The translations under genes and the position numbers were made by a program. Under the pieces are notes generated by a model. It did not search any database. It had not been told where the DNA came from and worked only from the letters and a program-made list of their open reading frames with translations. Of a DNA stretch of 64,000 nucleotides, positions 12,147 through 25,180 are shown piece after piece. Numbering within the stretch: position 1 is the first letter of the stretch; each line of letters begins with the position of its first letter. The stretch covers positions 85,589,073 through 85,653,072 of the forward strand of contig NC_068984.1 in NCBI RefSeq assembly GCF_001194135.2. The letters are read 5' to 3'. Origin of the DNA: Octopus bimaculoides (lineage: Eukaryota).

Positions 12147-12360
12147 TGAGGGGTTGCTGAAAATTTCCTGGTTTTAAGGCTATCACGAAAGGCCTGGTTG
12201 GAAGCCCAATCTTATGAGTTCTTTTACAAGACTTAGGAAAACAGAAGGACCACTGCAATAAGTGTGTGAATCTGAGAGTGGAATATGTTAAATAAAATCA
12301 TAATTAACTGATCCCACTGTATTTTCTTTTGCCCAAAGCCATGAACTTTTCAGCACCCCT

Positions 12361-12362
<2 letters not shown>
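12147..12362 (+). mobile_element. Mariner-derived MITE (internal deletion derivative)
   Basis: TIRs gaggggttgctgaaaatttcctgg and ccatgaacttttcagcacccct. The interior encodes a mariner C-terminus-like peptide (NKCVNLRVEYVK*). Confidence 0.7.
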
Positions 12363-12416
<54 letters not shown>

Positions 12417-12417
12417 G

Positions 12418-12617
12418 ACAACAGGCTTATTTCAGTCTCCATCTACGAAATCCAATTACAAGGCTTTGGGTAACCCAAGGTAAAGTAGACCTGGTGTAAA
12501 ATATTTATATAGCCATTTTACAAGCTATAATAGAAGCCAAGGGGTTACTCAGTGTAGGATTGAACCTGGAACTACTAGGGTGTTTAACTGAATTTCTTAA
12601 CCACATAGCCATACCTG
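12418..12617 (-). mobile_element. SINE-A 5' half
   Basis: acaggcttatttcagtctccatctac...gaacctggaac...cttaaccacatagccat. Confidence 0.7.
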
Positions 12618-12636
12618 TACGTATGCATATCATATA

Positions 12637-13887
12637 CAGGATGTGTAAGGTATTTGAGGATATAATTTTTTTTTGTGTGTGTGGGGGGGGTCGATGCTGT
12701 GTTTTTTGCGGGGTCAATGTTGCTATTTTGCTAAATAATAATAGCAGACCCTCAGCTTACTCAAGAAATGAAGAGGCATGCTGTTAATGTGGTTATAAAG
12801 GCTGAGCATAGTGATTTAGAATTATCTCTATTTTTAAAAGTTGCCAGATCTTTTGTCTACAAAGTTTGTGAGGAGCTAGAGACTGAAGAAGGAAATGTAT
12901 CACCAGTATCAAAGTATAAAAAGCATTCTAAATGCTCTGAAATCATCAGAACACTTATCCAGCAAGTTCAACAGACCATCGATTACAATCCTAGAAAGTC
13001 CATGAGGTCAATTGCAAAAGATCTCCATGTGTCAGAAAGAACAATCAGAAATGTTGTCCACGAAGACACTAGATATAAGTCTTATATGATGAAGAAAGGT
13101 CAATTTGTCAGAAAAAGCAAAAGAAAATCACTAAAAGGCTCTTAAACAAATTGAAACATCCAACAGAAGATTTGATTTGGTTTTTCTCAAACGAGAAAAA
13201 CTTCAACCAAGATCAAAAAGTTAACAGAAGAAATAACAGATGGTTATGTGCAGACCCTTCTGATGTTCCAAGTGTTATGCATACAAAATTTCCTGCAACT
13301 GTCATGGTTTTAGGAGTTGTCAGCATTGAAGGACATGTGATGCCTCCTTACTTCTTTCCACAAGGCCTTAGAGTTAATTCTACTGCCTACATTGAGGTCT
13401 TGGAAATAATTGTTAAGCCCTGGATAGATAGTGTATGCAATGGAAGGCCATATGTGTTTCAGTAAGACTCTGTACTATCACACATGGCTCTAGTAACACA
13501 GGAATGGATGACTGAAAATTTTAATGATCACATAACCCCTAACATTTGGCCTCCTTATTCCCCAGATCTCAATCCATTGGACTATTACATGTGGAGCATT
13601 GTTGAGAGGGAGGTCAATGGACATGCCCATAACATCAAAGATTCTTTGAAAGCTGCTATAGTCAGAGTAATGTCCAAAATGAACCAGGGCCTCTTGATTT
13701 GAGCATGTAGATGATTTAGATCTCATATAGAAGCAGTTGTTGAAGCTGAGGGTGGCTTTATTGAATAACATTATAGAAAAGGTTTATTTTTATTCTCATA
13801 GCATTTTTTGATAAATAAAGTTATCTGTTATTATATATGTTTTTCTTTATAGACATAAATCTGTCCTCAAATATCTTATGCACCCTG
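12637..13887 (+). mobile_element. Full-length Tc1/mariner DD37D (maT-type) transposon, inactive transposase
   Basis: TIRs caggatgtgtaaggtatttgagga and tcctcaaatatcttatgcaccctg, TA TSD at 12635-36 and 13888-89. Transposase 12768-13768: MKRHAV..., WFFSNEK, FQ*DS, WPPYSPDLNPLDY, ...EAEGGFIE*. 37 residues lie between the 2nd and 3rd Asp. Frameshift near 13110-13150, two in-frame stops, first catalytic D mutated to N. Confidence 0.93.
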
Positions 13888-14507
13888 TACATATGCAACA
13901 GGCTTCCATGTGGTTTCTGTCTAACAAATTTCACCCACAATGTATTGGTCAGCCTTGTGTTACCATAGAAAACATTTGCTCAAGGTGTTATTGCAGCATA
14001 ATTTTAACTGAGAAACAGTTGAGGCCATCATCTTAACAACATGCTCATGCATGTGACAAGTAGTCTGTTTCATGCAGCACTCCTTGTCATGTTTCTGTTA
14101 CTAATTTTGATCTACTCGTTAATTCATTTCTTACACCCTCTATGGATTAATGTTCTCTTTGCACCACATCTGTCTATACATGATCCTCCATTGCTTTGTT
14201 TAGAAAATGTTTTCATTTCCATGACAGCTTGTATCTTAATTACCAACACACCTTGTGTCATCATGTCAGTTATTTTGTTCTAAGAAATAGGTTCTCAGAA
14301 CAAATTAAATTTACTTTTTATATTCTTTTTTCTTTCCTTTTCTTATATACAAAGAAATTGCTCGTTTCATTCCTTAAGTATTTCCTATCATTGAAGATCT
14401 TAGATTTCCTAATCTTAATACGTATTAGTGCTGCTTTTGTTTATGTAAATAGCTTAACTGAATCCTTGCACTGCTTGTGTTAATCTTCAGCCGATTGTCA
14501 GCATTGT

Positions 14508-14550
<43 letters not shown>

Positions 14551-15530
14551 TTCATCTATAAACAAAAAGTATTTTAATTTACTCTCTGACTCTGGGGTCA
14601 TGTCTTCCACTCTAGTAGATCTTTTACAAACCCTCTCTCTCTTTCCCCTCCCCCTCTCTCTCTCCAAGTCATAAAACCGAAAATGGCAGTGAATTATCTT
14701 TGATATTATTTTAGAAGCTATCACTTTTTCATTCTTATATTTTATTTTACTAGTGTTATTCTGGAGAGAAGGATGCTTTTTGGTTTTGTTTTTTGTCTAT
14801 CTATGACTTTTTTCTCCATTAGCTTTTTTCTCTCTTTGCTGTCACCTTCTTTGCCATTGTCTTCTTGAACTCCTCCAATTTTTTTTTCATCCTCACTATT
14901 TTCATCTACTTTGTTTTCTTCTCCTTCACTGCATAGCTAACATAACTTTTCAGTAAATGAACCCTCTGTGTGTATGGAGTGCCTGTCTGTATTTTGTTGC
15001 AGTGTCAGATACTATCACATAAATACATTTTCATAAGTCTATCCATGCTCAGGAATGTTGAATGCTCTCCTACTGTCTCCTCTCTTAACACTGCTGCATT
15101 TGTTATTATTGCAGTCAATTGCCATGTCATGAAATACAGTGTTACCCTAAATACCTCCTGTAGCATACTCTGCTGCTGGCACTACACACAGTCATATATA
15201 CAAGTTCATACATACTTACATACATACATGCATACATGCATACAATATACACATGCACAAACATATGTACAATATGTGCAGTTAGGTTGGTAACTGGTGT
15301 GGAAAAGATGACAATAGATAATGATGTAACTTTGTAAACCTATCAAATTTATGGTAGCTTGGAAAATAAAGGTAGCTTGGAAAATATAGTATAGATATCT
15401 AAAACCAATAATCATGATCATTATCATCAGTTAAATAACTTTCTCTGGAGGAGTATGGGCAACCAATCCACTAGATTCACTTCCCTATAAATTTCCAGAG
15501 TCTTTGAAATAAACTACAGATCAAGTTTAG

Positions 15531-15670
15531 ATGGGTCTGTCTATGTGGTTAAGAAGTTCACTTTGCAACCACATAGTCCCTTGTGCAAATAAATATCTCC
15601 TATCATAACAGCAGGCTGATCAACAGCTTGTCTATGAAGTTTTGTAGTCAGAAATTATGTGGATGTCTCG
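15531..15670 (+). mobile_element. SINE-A fragment
   Basis: atgtggttaagaagttcactttgcaaccacatag... Confidence 0.55.
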
Positions 15671-16689
15671 TGTGTGTGTGTATATTTTTCATTGACAAAT
15701 ATTGGCAAGAAAATCTTTGATCTTGTGCTTTCAAACTAAAACACCTTTTAGTGTTTGTTCCATAGACACTTCCTTGTCCCTTTTATCATCAGAAATATGA
15801 AACTAATGATTGATCCATTGGAAATGTGTAGCTAATGATGGTATTGTTCTTAAGTTTTGATATAACAATATCAAAAAGAAAAAGTCTACATGGGGTTAAT
15901 TTCACTGACTGTCCTCCATCCCAATATGTTTGTCTTTGTCCGTAAGACACCAACTTACTGCAGAATATTGTACTTGTTTATTTCTGAATTTCTAAAGTGT
16001 ACTGAAAGACTTCTAGAACTTAGTTTTTAAACTATGGAACATGACTCCCTACCACATCTCCCACATGTTGGAGAAGATTATTTGATGTCGTCTTATTTGA
16101 TGTCTTAGAACTTTCATGGAGAATACTGAAATGTGTTAGCTTTCTAATCAAATGTAAACTGATGTGTTGAGTTGCTCTTTTATTTCAAAAGATATAACTT
16201 AGCCATTTAATAGTGATTGATAAAATAAGTATCATATGATTTAGGCTACTGCTTACAGGTATGGTGCCCCAGCATGACCAAAGCCCAATGACTGAAACTA
16301 TTCAAAAAAGTTACGACGTGAAGTAAACTGAACATGTAGCGGTAGCGGCTCCTTTGTTAAGGGGAGGGTTATTATGATGAAGATAAAAGAAAAAGAAAAC
16401 TAAGACATTTAATTTTATATTGATATCTGGTGATCTATGAGAAAGACTTGAATAGATTTAAATATTTTTGTGGACTAAACTAATCGCAGATTAACTGAAA
16501 TCTGACTGCATGTCTCTTTCTAAATGCTCTTGTTTTGATTCTTCTGTGTTGTGAAAGTAATTTGTGTTTGCATATAAAATATGTTTGTATTCAATGATTG
16601 CAGACACAGCAGCAGAATTAGTAGGATACATGGCTACTGAGTTGCATGATTTAGTGTTTTATCTTGCTGTAGTAGTAGTGGTAGTAGTT

Positions 16690-16890
16690 CAGCTGCAGGT
16701 CTAGGTCAACTCTGCTTGAGTAGACTAAGGATTGCTGAAGTTGTCGCTGTTGTTAAATCCCCAGGTTAGCATCAATAGAGCTGAATTAGATTGTGATTAG
16801 AAAACTTCCAGCCATGACCATCCCATCTTTTTAGAGATGTTTCAAAAACTCCATTGTTGTATGTGTCCTTTCTTTTCCAGGATTAAAGAA
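16690..16890 (-). mobile_element. SINE-D copies
   Basis: ctaggtcaactctgcttgagtagac and ccccaggttagc...ttccagccatgaccatcccatctttt. Confidence 0.6.
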
Positions 16891-17203
16891 GGATGTGATA
16901 ATGTTCAAATAGATAAGGTTATGGGTATCAGACTGATAATTTGTGAATTTCTTTTACCAAATCTTTGTAGTTTGGATTTGGACTTTGTAGTTTGAAGCAT
17001 TAAGGGTTGTCATCAGCAATTGTTAGAGCTGTTGCAAGGTTTTATATTTAAACAACACAATTGACAAACAGCATCAAACTCTGTATTCCCTAAATAGAAG
17101 AGCAAATGGAAGAGTGCAGACAGAGAGGAGGTGGTTGGTGAAAAAGATTCTTTCAGAGCATAGCAAACTTCCCTCTGGAACTTATATTTTCTCTATTGGA
17201 ATA

Positions 17204-17584
17204 GTTGGCACTCTGTCACTTACGACGTCGAGGGTTCCAGTTGATCCGATCAACGGAAGAGCCTGCTCGTGAAATTAACGTGCAGGTGGCTGAGCACTCC
17301 ACAGACACATGTACCCTTAACATAGTTCTCGGGGATATTCAGCGTGACACAGTGTGACAAGGCTGACCCTTTGAATTACAGGCACAACAAAAATAGGAAG
17401 TAAGAGTGAGAGAAAGTTGTGGTGAAAGAGTACAGCAGGGTTCACCACCATCCCCTGCCGGAGCCTTGTGGAGCTTTAGGTGTTTTTGCTCAATAAACAC
17501 TTACAACGCCCGGTCTGGGTATCGAAACCGCGATCCTACGACCGCAAGTCCACTGCCCTAACCACTGGGCCATTGCACCTCCAC
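17204..17584 (-). mobile_element. SINE-C, full length, tRNA-like head, perfect 14-bp TSD
   Basis: TSD tctctattggaata at 17190-17203 and 17585-17598. Minus-strand head gtggaggtgcaatggcccagtggttagggcag...ggtttcgat. Highly similar to the 48005 and 52030 copies. Confidence 0.95.
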
Positions 17585-18699
17585 TCTCTATTGGAATAAA
17601 ACAGGGACTACTGGAAACAGAAAAAGTGATGTGGTCACAAAAACATTGGAAACTGCTGCACTAAGGGAGTGAGAACTTTGTTAGATAGACTTATTCTCAC
17701 TAGTTTAAATACAGTATGTTAGAAATGTACCAGAAGTGAAGGCTACACCTTCACTTCCTCATCTCCCCTACCAGTGAGAGAGTGAATGAGTGTATGTTGT
17801 GATATTTCAGCTAAATGCTTAATCAAAATAATCTGTGTTTATGTTGATGAAAACTTATAAATCTACCCTCTTGTGCATGAATTACACATCAGTGGACTTC
17901 TCTAACAGCCATTGTGACAAATGGTTTTGTAAACAATGTGTGAAATGCCTGAGAGACGGATCTGATCATCTCGTAGCATCATTACTGCCCCCCCCCCCAC
18001 ACACACACCATCACACCTCAATTTATCAAAAATAAAAATCAATTAAACAATCGTCAGTGGAAGGTCAACAATTAATTCAGGTTATTTGATGTATTGCCAG
18101 ATGTAGAAATTTGGTTCACTACTAACCTCCACTTTTTACTTCTTCTTTCAACACTTAACCTTAAGCTTTCTCTGATCAAGCAGACTTCTATTTGAAACCA
18201 TTTCAATTCTTGACCATCCTGTTTTTCTTTTTTCTTCTTCTTGTTTTCAGGTTTAGTGTATCCCTGATTGTTTCATCCAATGCACTCACCTTTCTTCTTT
18301 TATAAGACAGAAGGGTAAGAGAATTGGCTATTTCTAGCATATCCATGTCCATATTGAGGCTTCACTGTTGACTTTTTTGACCATAGTGTATTAACACACA
18401 ATAACTAACATTTTCAAATGCACACCCAAATCATGGTTTAAGGTTTGCAATTTTTTTATTTTTGAGGGGAAAGTGGAATTTGTTCATATTTGGTTTGCAT
18501 TGAAACTTTACGCTCCTAGAAATGAGATCTGGCACTGATATTTCCTATTGTTCTTGCTAGTATTTGGTTGTCTCACTCAAATATCAGCAGAGCTGTTGAC
18601 CGCTGTTGTTTTCTACCTGATGATAATGATGAACAACAACCACTAGTTAGACATTGTCCTATGGTTTCAAGCCATTGTACAAGCAGCAGTATTCTCCTG

Positions 18700-18949
18700 A
18701 AACTTAATTCTGCTGTCATTTGACTTTAAATCTTTTGTTGCTCTATTTCTGTTGAAATACACTTCCTTTCTTTGAATTTTTGAAAATAATGAATTTAGTA
18801 AGATAACTTTGTTATTATTAAGCTGATATTTTGAAATCAAAATTAACATGGAATTTTTAAATGGGAAGTTTTTAATTTAGATCACTTTAAACTGAAAATT
18901 TGTATTGTAGAACCAGGGGCAGTCTTAGGTGATTTTGTACCAAAAGGGT
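18700..18949. mobile_element. TTAA-ended (piggyBac-like) MITE, second family
   Basis: Ends in gtaccaaaagggTTAA. Interior resembles 24562-24760 and, inverted, about 48580-48720. Confidence 0.45.
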
Positions 18950-19004
18950 TAATCATAGTATATTTATAGACAAGGAATATAAATGAAGTTACAGAATATT
19001 GGTT

Positions 19005-19213
19005 TCAAATTTTGGCATAAAGCCAGCAATTTTGGGGGAGAGTGTAAATTGATGTAATACATTGACCCCAGTGTTCAACTGGTACTTTTTCTATCAACCT
19101 AAAAGAAAGACAAAGTCAACTTCAGCAGAATTTGAACTCAGAATGTAAAGTCAGATGAAACACTGTTAAGCATTTTGTCTGGCATGCTAACAATTCTACC
19201 AGTTTGCCACCTT
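19005..19213 (-). mobile_element. SINE-B
   Basis: ggcataaagccagcaattttggggg...gaatttgaactcag...ggcatgctaacaattctaccagt. Confidence 0.8.
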
Positions 19214-21334
19214 GCAGTTAATGAAATATTACCTTTAATTTCTGTACAGTAGAGACAGGTTCAATCTCAATTGATGGTTAGGTTTTATGTTTACCATCCA
19301 CACACTCTTCAGAAAGAAACTTTATTCTACTTTTTCCTATGTTCAAATCATGCTAGGGTTGATTTTCTTTTTGCCTTTTCATTTTTCTTCAAGGATCAAT
19401 AAAAATAAGTCATCAGTTAAATCTTGGGGTCAATATAATCAACCATATAGAAACAATGGTGCTTTGTACTGGAAATATAGACATTGTTGTGGTCATAGAA
19501 AAATTGGAAATCATTGCAATAAGGGAATAAATAAGAACTTTGATAGGTAGACTTGCTCTCACTAGTTCTATCACAGTATATTAACTGTATTTGAACTGGT
19601 GCAGTCTTTAGCAAACTACAGTCCACAAGACCTGCAAAGGAAAAATTACCTTGAAATTTTTTTGTGGTGCAGTCTGCCTGAAGATGAGCCATGTCTCATG
19701 TGGTCTGCTTCTATAAACTCAATTCAACCCATGCAAGCAAGGGAAACCGGACATCAATACAACAATGATGAACATTTGCCATACATTGTTTCAGTGCTTA
19801 TCTAAAACATACACCCACAGAATATTACTCAGCGGCTAAATATATTCATATATTTCTTAAACCTTTAGCATTCAGCTTACTCTGCAAAGGTTGTCCATGC
19901 CTGAACTGTTCTTGGAAAAGGTTGTCCATGCCTGAACTGCTAGTCACTATAATGTATTTTGTGTTATAAATCATTATAGAATTTATAGAGCAACAAACAA
20001 AATGTCCTGTGATGTTTAGTTGCAGCACTTTTGTTTTAATGTTGACTGTTACTTTTCATTCTTCAAAGACCCACTTCTCTCAGACTTGTGCTTTTGTCGA
20101 AAAATTATTCTACAAAATCATTAGTGTTGGGAAAAAAAAAAAAACCTTACATCCATTACATTCCAAGTTCAAATCCCACTGAAGTTAAATGTTACCTTTC
20201 ATTCTCCCTTGGTCAATAAAATAAAGTACCAGTCAAGTAAAAACAATTATTGTTGTTACTATTTTGTGTCTGACATGGAGGGCGTTTGATGTGTATTAGA
20301 AAGACTGAATATTTGTTTTGATATGAATTTACAATTGTTATGACACATCTTTGTCTTGGTACTAAGTCAGTGATAGATCAGTCATAACACATCTCTGCTC
20401 TTGTACTAAGTTTCTAGCAGATCTGTTGCTATGACATACCTTTGTCTTGATCACTCACAGATCTATTAAAGAGAGCAATATGTTCTTCAGCTGCATTTTA
20501 GCCTCTACAACTATACTTCTCTCTACACCTATATCTTTTCTTCCACCACTTTCTCTCTCTCCTCCCTACCTGTCTCCTGTCTCTTTTTCACATTTTAAAT
20601 GTCTAGTTGATTAGCCGAGTGACTGACGAGACAGTCCTTTTTCTCTTTAAATCTAAAAACAATCTTAAGAATTTGGTAATTTCGTCCAGTGAGAAATTAT
20701 AGGGTATTGGATAATTTCAGGTTAACCTTTGTGCCACAGTGTGTGTGTGTGTGTGCGTGCTCGCGCACATGACCTCATGCATACTAATTCCCAATCTAAT
20801 CATTACTTACATTCCATATACCTCATGAAGCATATGTACTTAGTATGTAAGCTATTAGTGATACATCATAGAACAGAAATTTTGTGTGTGTGTGTCCCTC
20901 TTTTTCTGCGTTTGTATGTGTGTAACAGATTGTGCCTGCTTGTCTATGAAACCATGCTTAAACACACACATATATATGTAACACCTTACTCTATTGAATT
21001 TTTAATGTATGCATGTCCAGATGTGCAAACCTGTATGTTTTTAGGTATATTATCATTTACCGTCCATCTTCCACACTGGCATGTGTTGGACTTTGGTGCC
21101 CACATGTATGTGTATACAGAGGGAGAGAGAGAGAGAGAGACAAAAGCTTGTATACATGGATGTATATAAGTTGAGATATAATTATTTAATGTACACAGTA
21201 TGTAGGTTACTAATGTGTTACTAGTAGTTTCATACATTGAAGATAACATCTAAACAGGTTCTAAAACACAATGTCTGCAAGTAATCTTTAGGCTTTGATA
21301 CATAGCATATCTATAAATATATATATATATATAT

Positions 21335-21344
21335 NNNNNNNNNN
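21335..21344. other. Assembly gap (10 N) in (TA)n
   Basis: Run of N. Confidence 0.99.
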
Positions 21345-23116
21345 TACATGCACGCACGCGCACACACACATGTATATTAAGTCCTGATGAGGTAGAAAAT
21401 CAGAGTATTTTCAGTGCAGTACTCAACATGAATTCATGACTATCTACACTCATGAATTCGTCTCGAGGAAAATTGAAATTTTGCAACTGTAAAAAAAATA
21501 TCCATATGTAAATCTAATGTCTGGGTTTCATGAAGAATAAAATTTAATGTAAATAAGAAGACAAAGAAATGGTTTAACACATTTTTATTGCTAGTTCCAT
21601 TTGTTTCAGTACCACTCCATTTTTAATACCATTGCACATGCAAAAAGTTATGATGTAATATTTGAGATGTTTTAAGTTGGAGCAGCACTTCACACTCGCT
21701 TTAAAAGATGTATTCTTGTCTGATGAAGTGCCACTCTAATGTTTAAAAAAACATATTACTTAACTTTTCACATGATATTATCTATGTGCAACAGCATTAA
21801 AAACTGAGTGGTTCCCAAAACAATTGTTACCAGTAATAAAGATGTGCTAAACTCTTTTTACATCTTTTTTGGATTATTCATCCATATAATCTTACATTTA
21901 GATATATCAGAAACCTTTAACAATATATCATTTACATTGTCCTCCCTTTGAGCCTGTTAACACCTAGATGGACTGGTCTGCCAGCCATTATGTTTCCTAA
22001 GTAAAAAGCCTATTAATATACCATGACCTCTTAACCAGTACCTTGTGGTTCTGGTCATTCTCACCAGCTGATGATGTAGGTATTCCTGCTATGACTATCA
22101 CTTCTTGCTTTTACACCTAGTTCACCTAGGATGTGACCTTACCTTTTTCAGACAGAAATTTTGGCTGCTATTTCAAACAAAAAACAGACTAAAATAATGA
22201 CATTCAGGTTTTTTTCATTGATTTCTGTCTTATTTTTATGGTAATCACTGATGGAGTGGTATTAATGCCTCAGTAAACCAAATTTGTAATGTAGGTTCAA
22301 TTTGTGGTTGAACTAGATTTCAAATAGCTTTGTAGTTAAGACGTTTGCTTCCAAACCACCAATTTTAGGTTCAATCTTACTGTGCAGCACCTTGGGGAAA
22401 TATTTTCTATTGTAGCTCCAAATTAATCAAAGACTTTTAAGTGAATTTGATTGATAGGAACTGAGAGGAATTGCATGTTTTTCTCTCTCTCTCTCTCTCT
22501 CTCCCTCTCCTTAGCCTTGGCATTGCACAATAGTTTAAAATGAGCATCATTGTCATATAAGTGGTGCCATGCCATATAAGTGGTGCTTTCATGAAAATAT
22601 GTCCAACCATGGAGCAATATTACTTTATCTGGAAACGGGTGAAGGTTGGTAACAAGAAGAGCAATGGTGATCTTTGTTTTTGTTTTCTTCTTGATGGCAG
22701 TGGGGTTGGGAGGTGTTGGTCAGAAATGGAGTGGGGGACGCATTCCATACACTCTATGGAGGCTGCCAAAACCATCAATTAAAACAAACTTCCTAATGAC
22801 GTGGCTTTAAATATATTTTCATAAAGTGCAGAAAAAATACATTCGAAACTAATTTGGGTCAAAGGTTAATATTGAAAAGGATGTTTTTCTTATTTCATTT
22901 TCATTTTTCTTTATTATTATTATTATTATTCAGCTTGTGTTTCTTTTTTTTTTTTTTTAATGCTTTTAGCGTCTTTTGACATTTTTAGTTGTATTGGCAC
23001 CAACACCATCCTGGTTAAAGAACTGGTTTGCTGCCATCACCAATATCACCTTCTACTGTGTCTTTATTTTGTAAACTTCCATTCCTCCCTACTTTCTCCC
23101 CTCCCCCTCTCTCTCT

Positions 23117-23152
<36 letters not shown>

Positions 23153-23846
23153 GTCCCTTTTTCATCATGTCTTGAAATCTTTCTCTTCTTTACCTCAACC
23201 ACCAAACACTCTTAATCTGTTCCCCATGTCTCTTCCTTCATCAGCACCCCACCACCATCACTACCACACACACTCATCAATACCTGTCCACTATGGTCTT
23301 TCCCTCTGTTTATCACCCACTACCTCTTCATTCTTTCCCTTCTCTTCTCTATTCCCTTCTTCCCACTTCTCTCCCCTATTTTCACTCCCTCTCTATCCCC
23401 CCCCCATACTTCATCTCTCATTACTACTGCCACCACCATCGCCATCATTCTAGTAGGTCACCCCCCCCCAACATATTTAAATGTCCCAAAGTCTTGAGTG
23501 AGTTGAACTTCTCTCTTGGCTTAGAGGTCAGAATGGTTGGTGCTATATGTACATTGTAGGCGGATGATTTGGTTGAATACTTGTTGAATTAATTACTGTG
23601 GATGAGGGAGAGAGTTTGCAGCACATTTCATGATTCTCGCCCCCTCCAACATGCTGTCATAGCTACAAAAATGCACGCACACACTTGGAGTATCTGCTAC
23701 CCCGCCCTCTGTGCATGCAAACATATTTAGATACAAGCATGTGTATTCACATCCAAATGCATTCACATATTTGCAGGTATGTAGACATGCACACACACAC
23801 ACTAACCATAATCACTCTATGTTCTCTCTCTCTATCTCTCTCTCTG

Positions 23847-23877
<31 letters not shown>

Positions 23878-24026
23878 GTCTCTGTCTCTCTCTCTTTCTC
23901 TTCCCTCCCAGCTATTTGTAGAGTGAAATAATTCCCTGTCCCAAATGATACTTGCTGCTCTCACACCTTATATAAGAATTTATTCTAGTACTGAGTTTCT
24001 TTCTCCAACCATCAAACAGCATTTAG

Positions 24027-24246
24027 CCCTTCAGCTTTTACATTACTCTGTCAAATGTTGTAATTATTTATTCGTGTTGCTTTAAATTAATCATGCATTA
24101 TGTAACAGTTTTGAGATTTCGATAATGTGACTGTTTATTTTTAGAACGACATTGTAGGTCAGGTGCGAGAAGTCAGATCTGGCCAGTTTGAACATGAAAC
24201 AGGTAGAATATTTTGGCCAAATATGGTTGGTTTAAATGTTAAAGGA
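24027..24246 (+). mobile_element. piggyBac-like TTAA MITE, family 1
   Basis: ttag|cccttcagc...aaatgttaaagga|ttaa. Interior matches 50911-51126 (agatctggccagtttgaacatgaaac). Confidence 0.75.
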
Positions 24247-24561
24247 TTAAAGAAGCCCCCCCCCCCAAAAAAACCCAACTTTGTGAGTAAAGAACCTGAC
24301 CTCAGCCAACCTTTTCGTCCTTGTCCGTCATATCATACAGTTCAATATTCTACTATGCAATGTTATACTGTACAGCAACATGGCATACCACGCCATACTG
24401 GTTTATTGTTATTGTGAATAGATGGTTGGTGAGATATATTTTTATTGTAATGATGATTGTGTAGGTTGTTGTGTGGTTCAGCTCCAATCAAAGGTTTACA
24501 GCCATAATCTTAGTGTTTTTCTTCTCTACACCAAACATACTGTATTGTATCATCCACTTGT

Positions 24562-24760
24562 TTAACCCTTCTATTACCATATTTTCTGTTTTAATTAATT
24601 ATGAAAATAATGAAGACATTAGCAAAGTAACTTTGATGTTGTTATACTGGTGTTAGAAACTTAACATTAAATTTTAATAGTTTTTAATTTTATGTCACTT
24701 AAACAGGAAGGTTGCACTAGAGACAATCTCAGACAGATTGGTATCAAAACAGTCAAGGTG
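24562..24760 (+). mobile_element. TTAA-ended MITE, family 2
   Basis: Begins TTAAcccttctattacc. Interior resembles 18700-18949. Confidence 0.45.
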
Positions 24761-24859
24761 GTATTCATGGTAGTGTGTGAACTTGTGGGAGATTTGGGTG
24801 CCATTTTTAGCAGATCAAATGGCTGCATAACTGTATCTGAAAGATATTTATGTGTGTGC

Positions 24860-25180
24860 ATGTGTGTTCAAGACCTTCATTTCTCTACTATGGCACCATA
24901 GGCAAGTGTTTTCTCTTAGGCTAACTAAAGCTTGTGTGTTTGTGTGTGTGTGTTTGTATTTATGTCTCCTTGTCTTGGCATCACATAACTGCTGTAAATA
25001 AGTGTCACCATCATACAGATGGTGTAATTTTTTTCTAATCTTCTGTGTAAACATGTCCACTTATGGGGAAATATTACCTTGCTTGGAAACAAATGAAGGG
25101 TATCTGGCCACATTAAATTTGCCTTAATGTATCCCATCAGACACATGGAAGCATGGAAAGTAGACATTAAAATTATGATA
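24860..25180 (+). mobile_element. SINE-E variant, with a SINE-A-like head region
   Basis: ggcaccataggcaagtg...ggggaaatattaccttgcttggaaac...catggaagcatggaaagtagacattaaa. Confidence 0.65.

Noticed and set aside
17500-17584. tRNA-like sequence (also at 28750-28836, 48305-48389, 52330-52413)
   Set aside because: A and B boxes are present, but there is no complete cloverleaf or acceptor stem. These are SINE-C heads with TSDs around the whole element.
18240-18310. Very strong splice acceptor (ttcttcttgttttcag)
   Set aside because: It lies in the T-rich middle of a SINE-D copy.
19886-19939. 23-bp direct duplication (aaaggttgtccatgcctgaactg x2). Similar small duplications at 15353-15385 and 16077-16104
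   Set aside because: These are ordinary slippage or repair duplications with no further structure.
21378-21460. CTGATGA...GAAA plus three adjacent small hairpins (possible hammerhead ribozyme)
   Set aside because: Stem II lacks the closing G-C pair and no stem I complement follows a cleavage triplet. The hairpins are short and partly due to the palindrome gaattc.
21715-21750. ctgatgaagtgccactctaatg, Penelope-type hammerhead-like
   Set aside because: The required GAAA after stem II is absent, and no GIY-YIG or RT remnant was recognised nearby.
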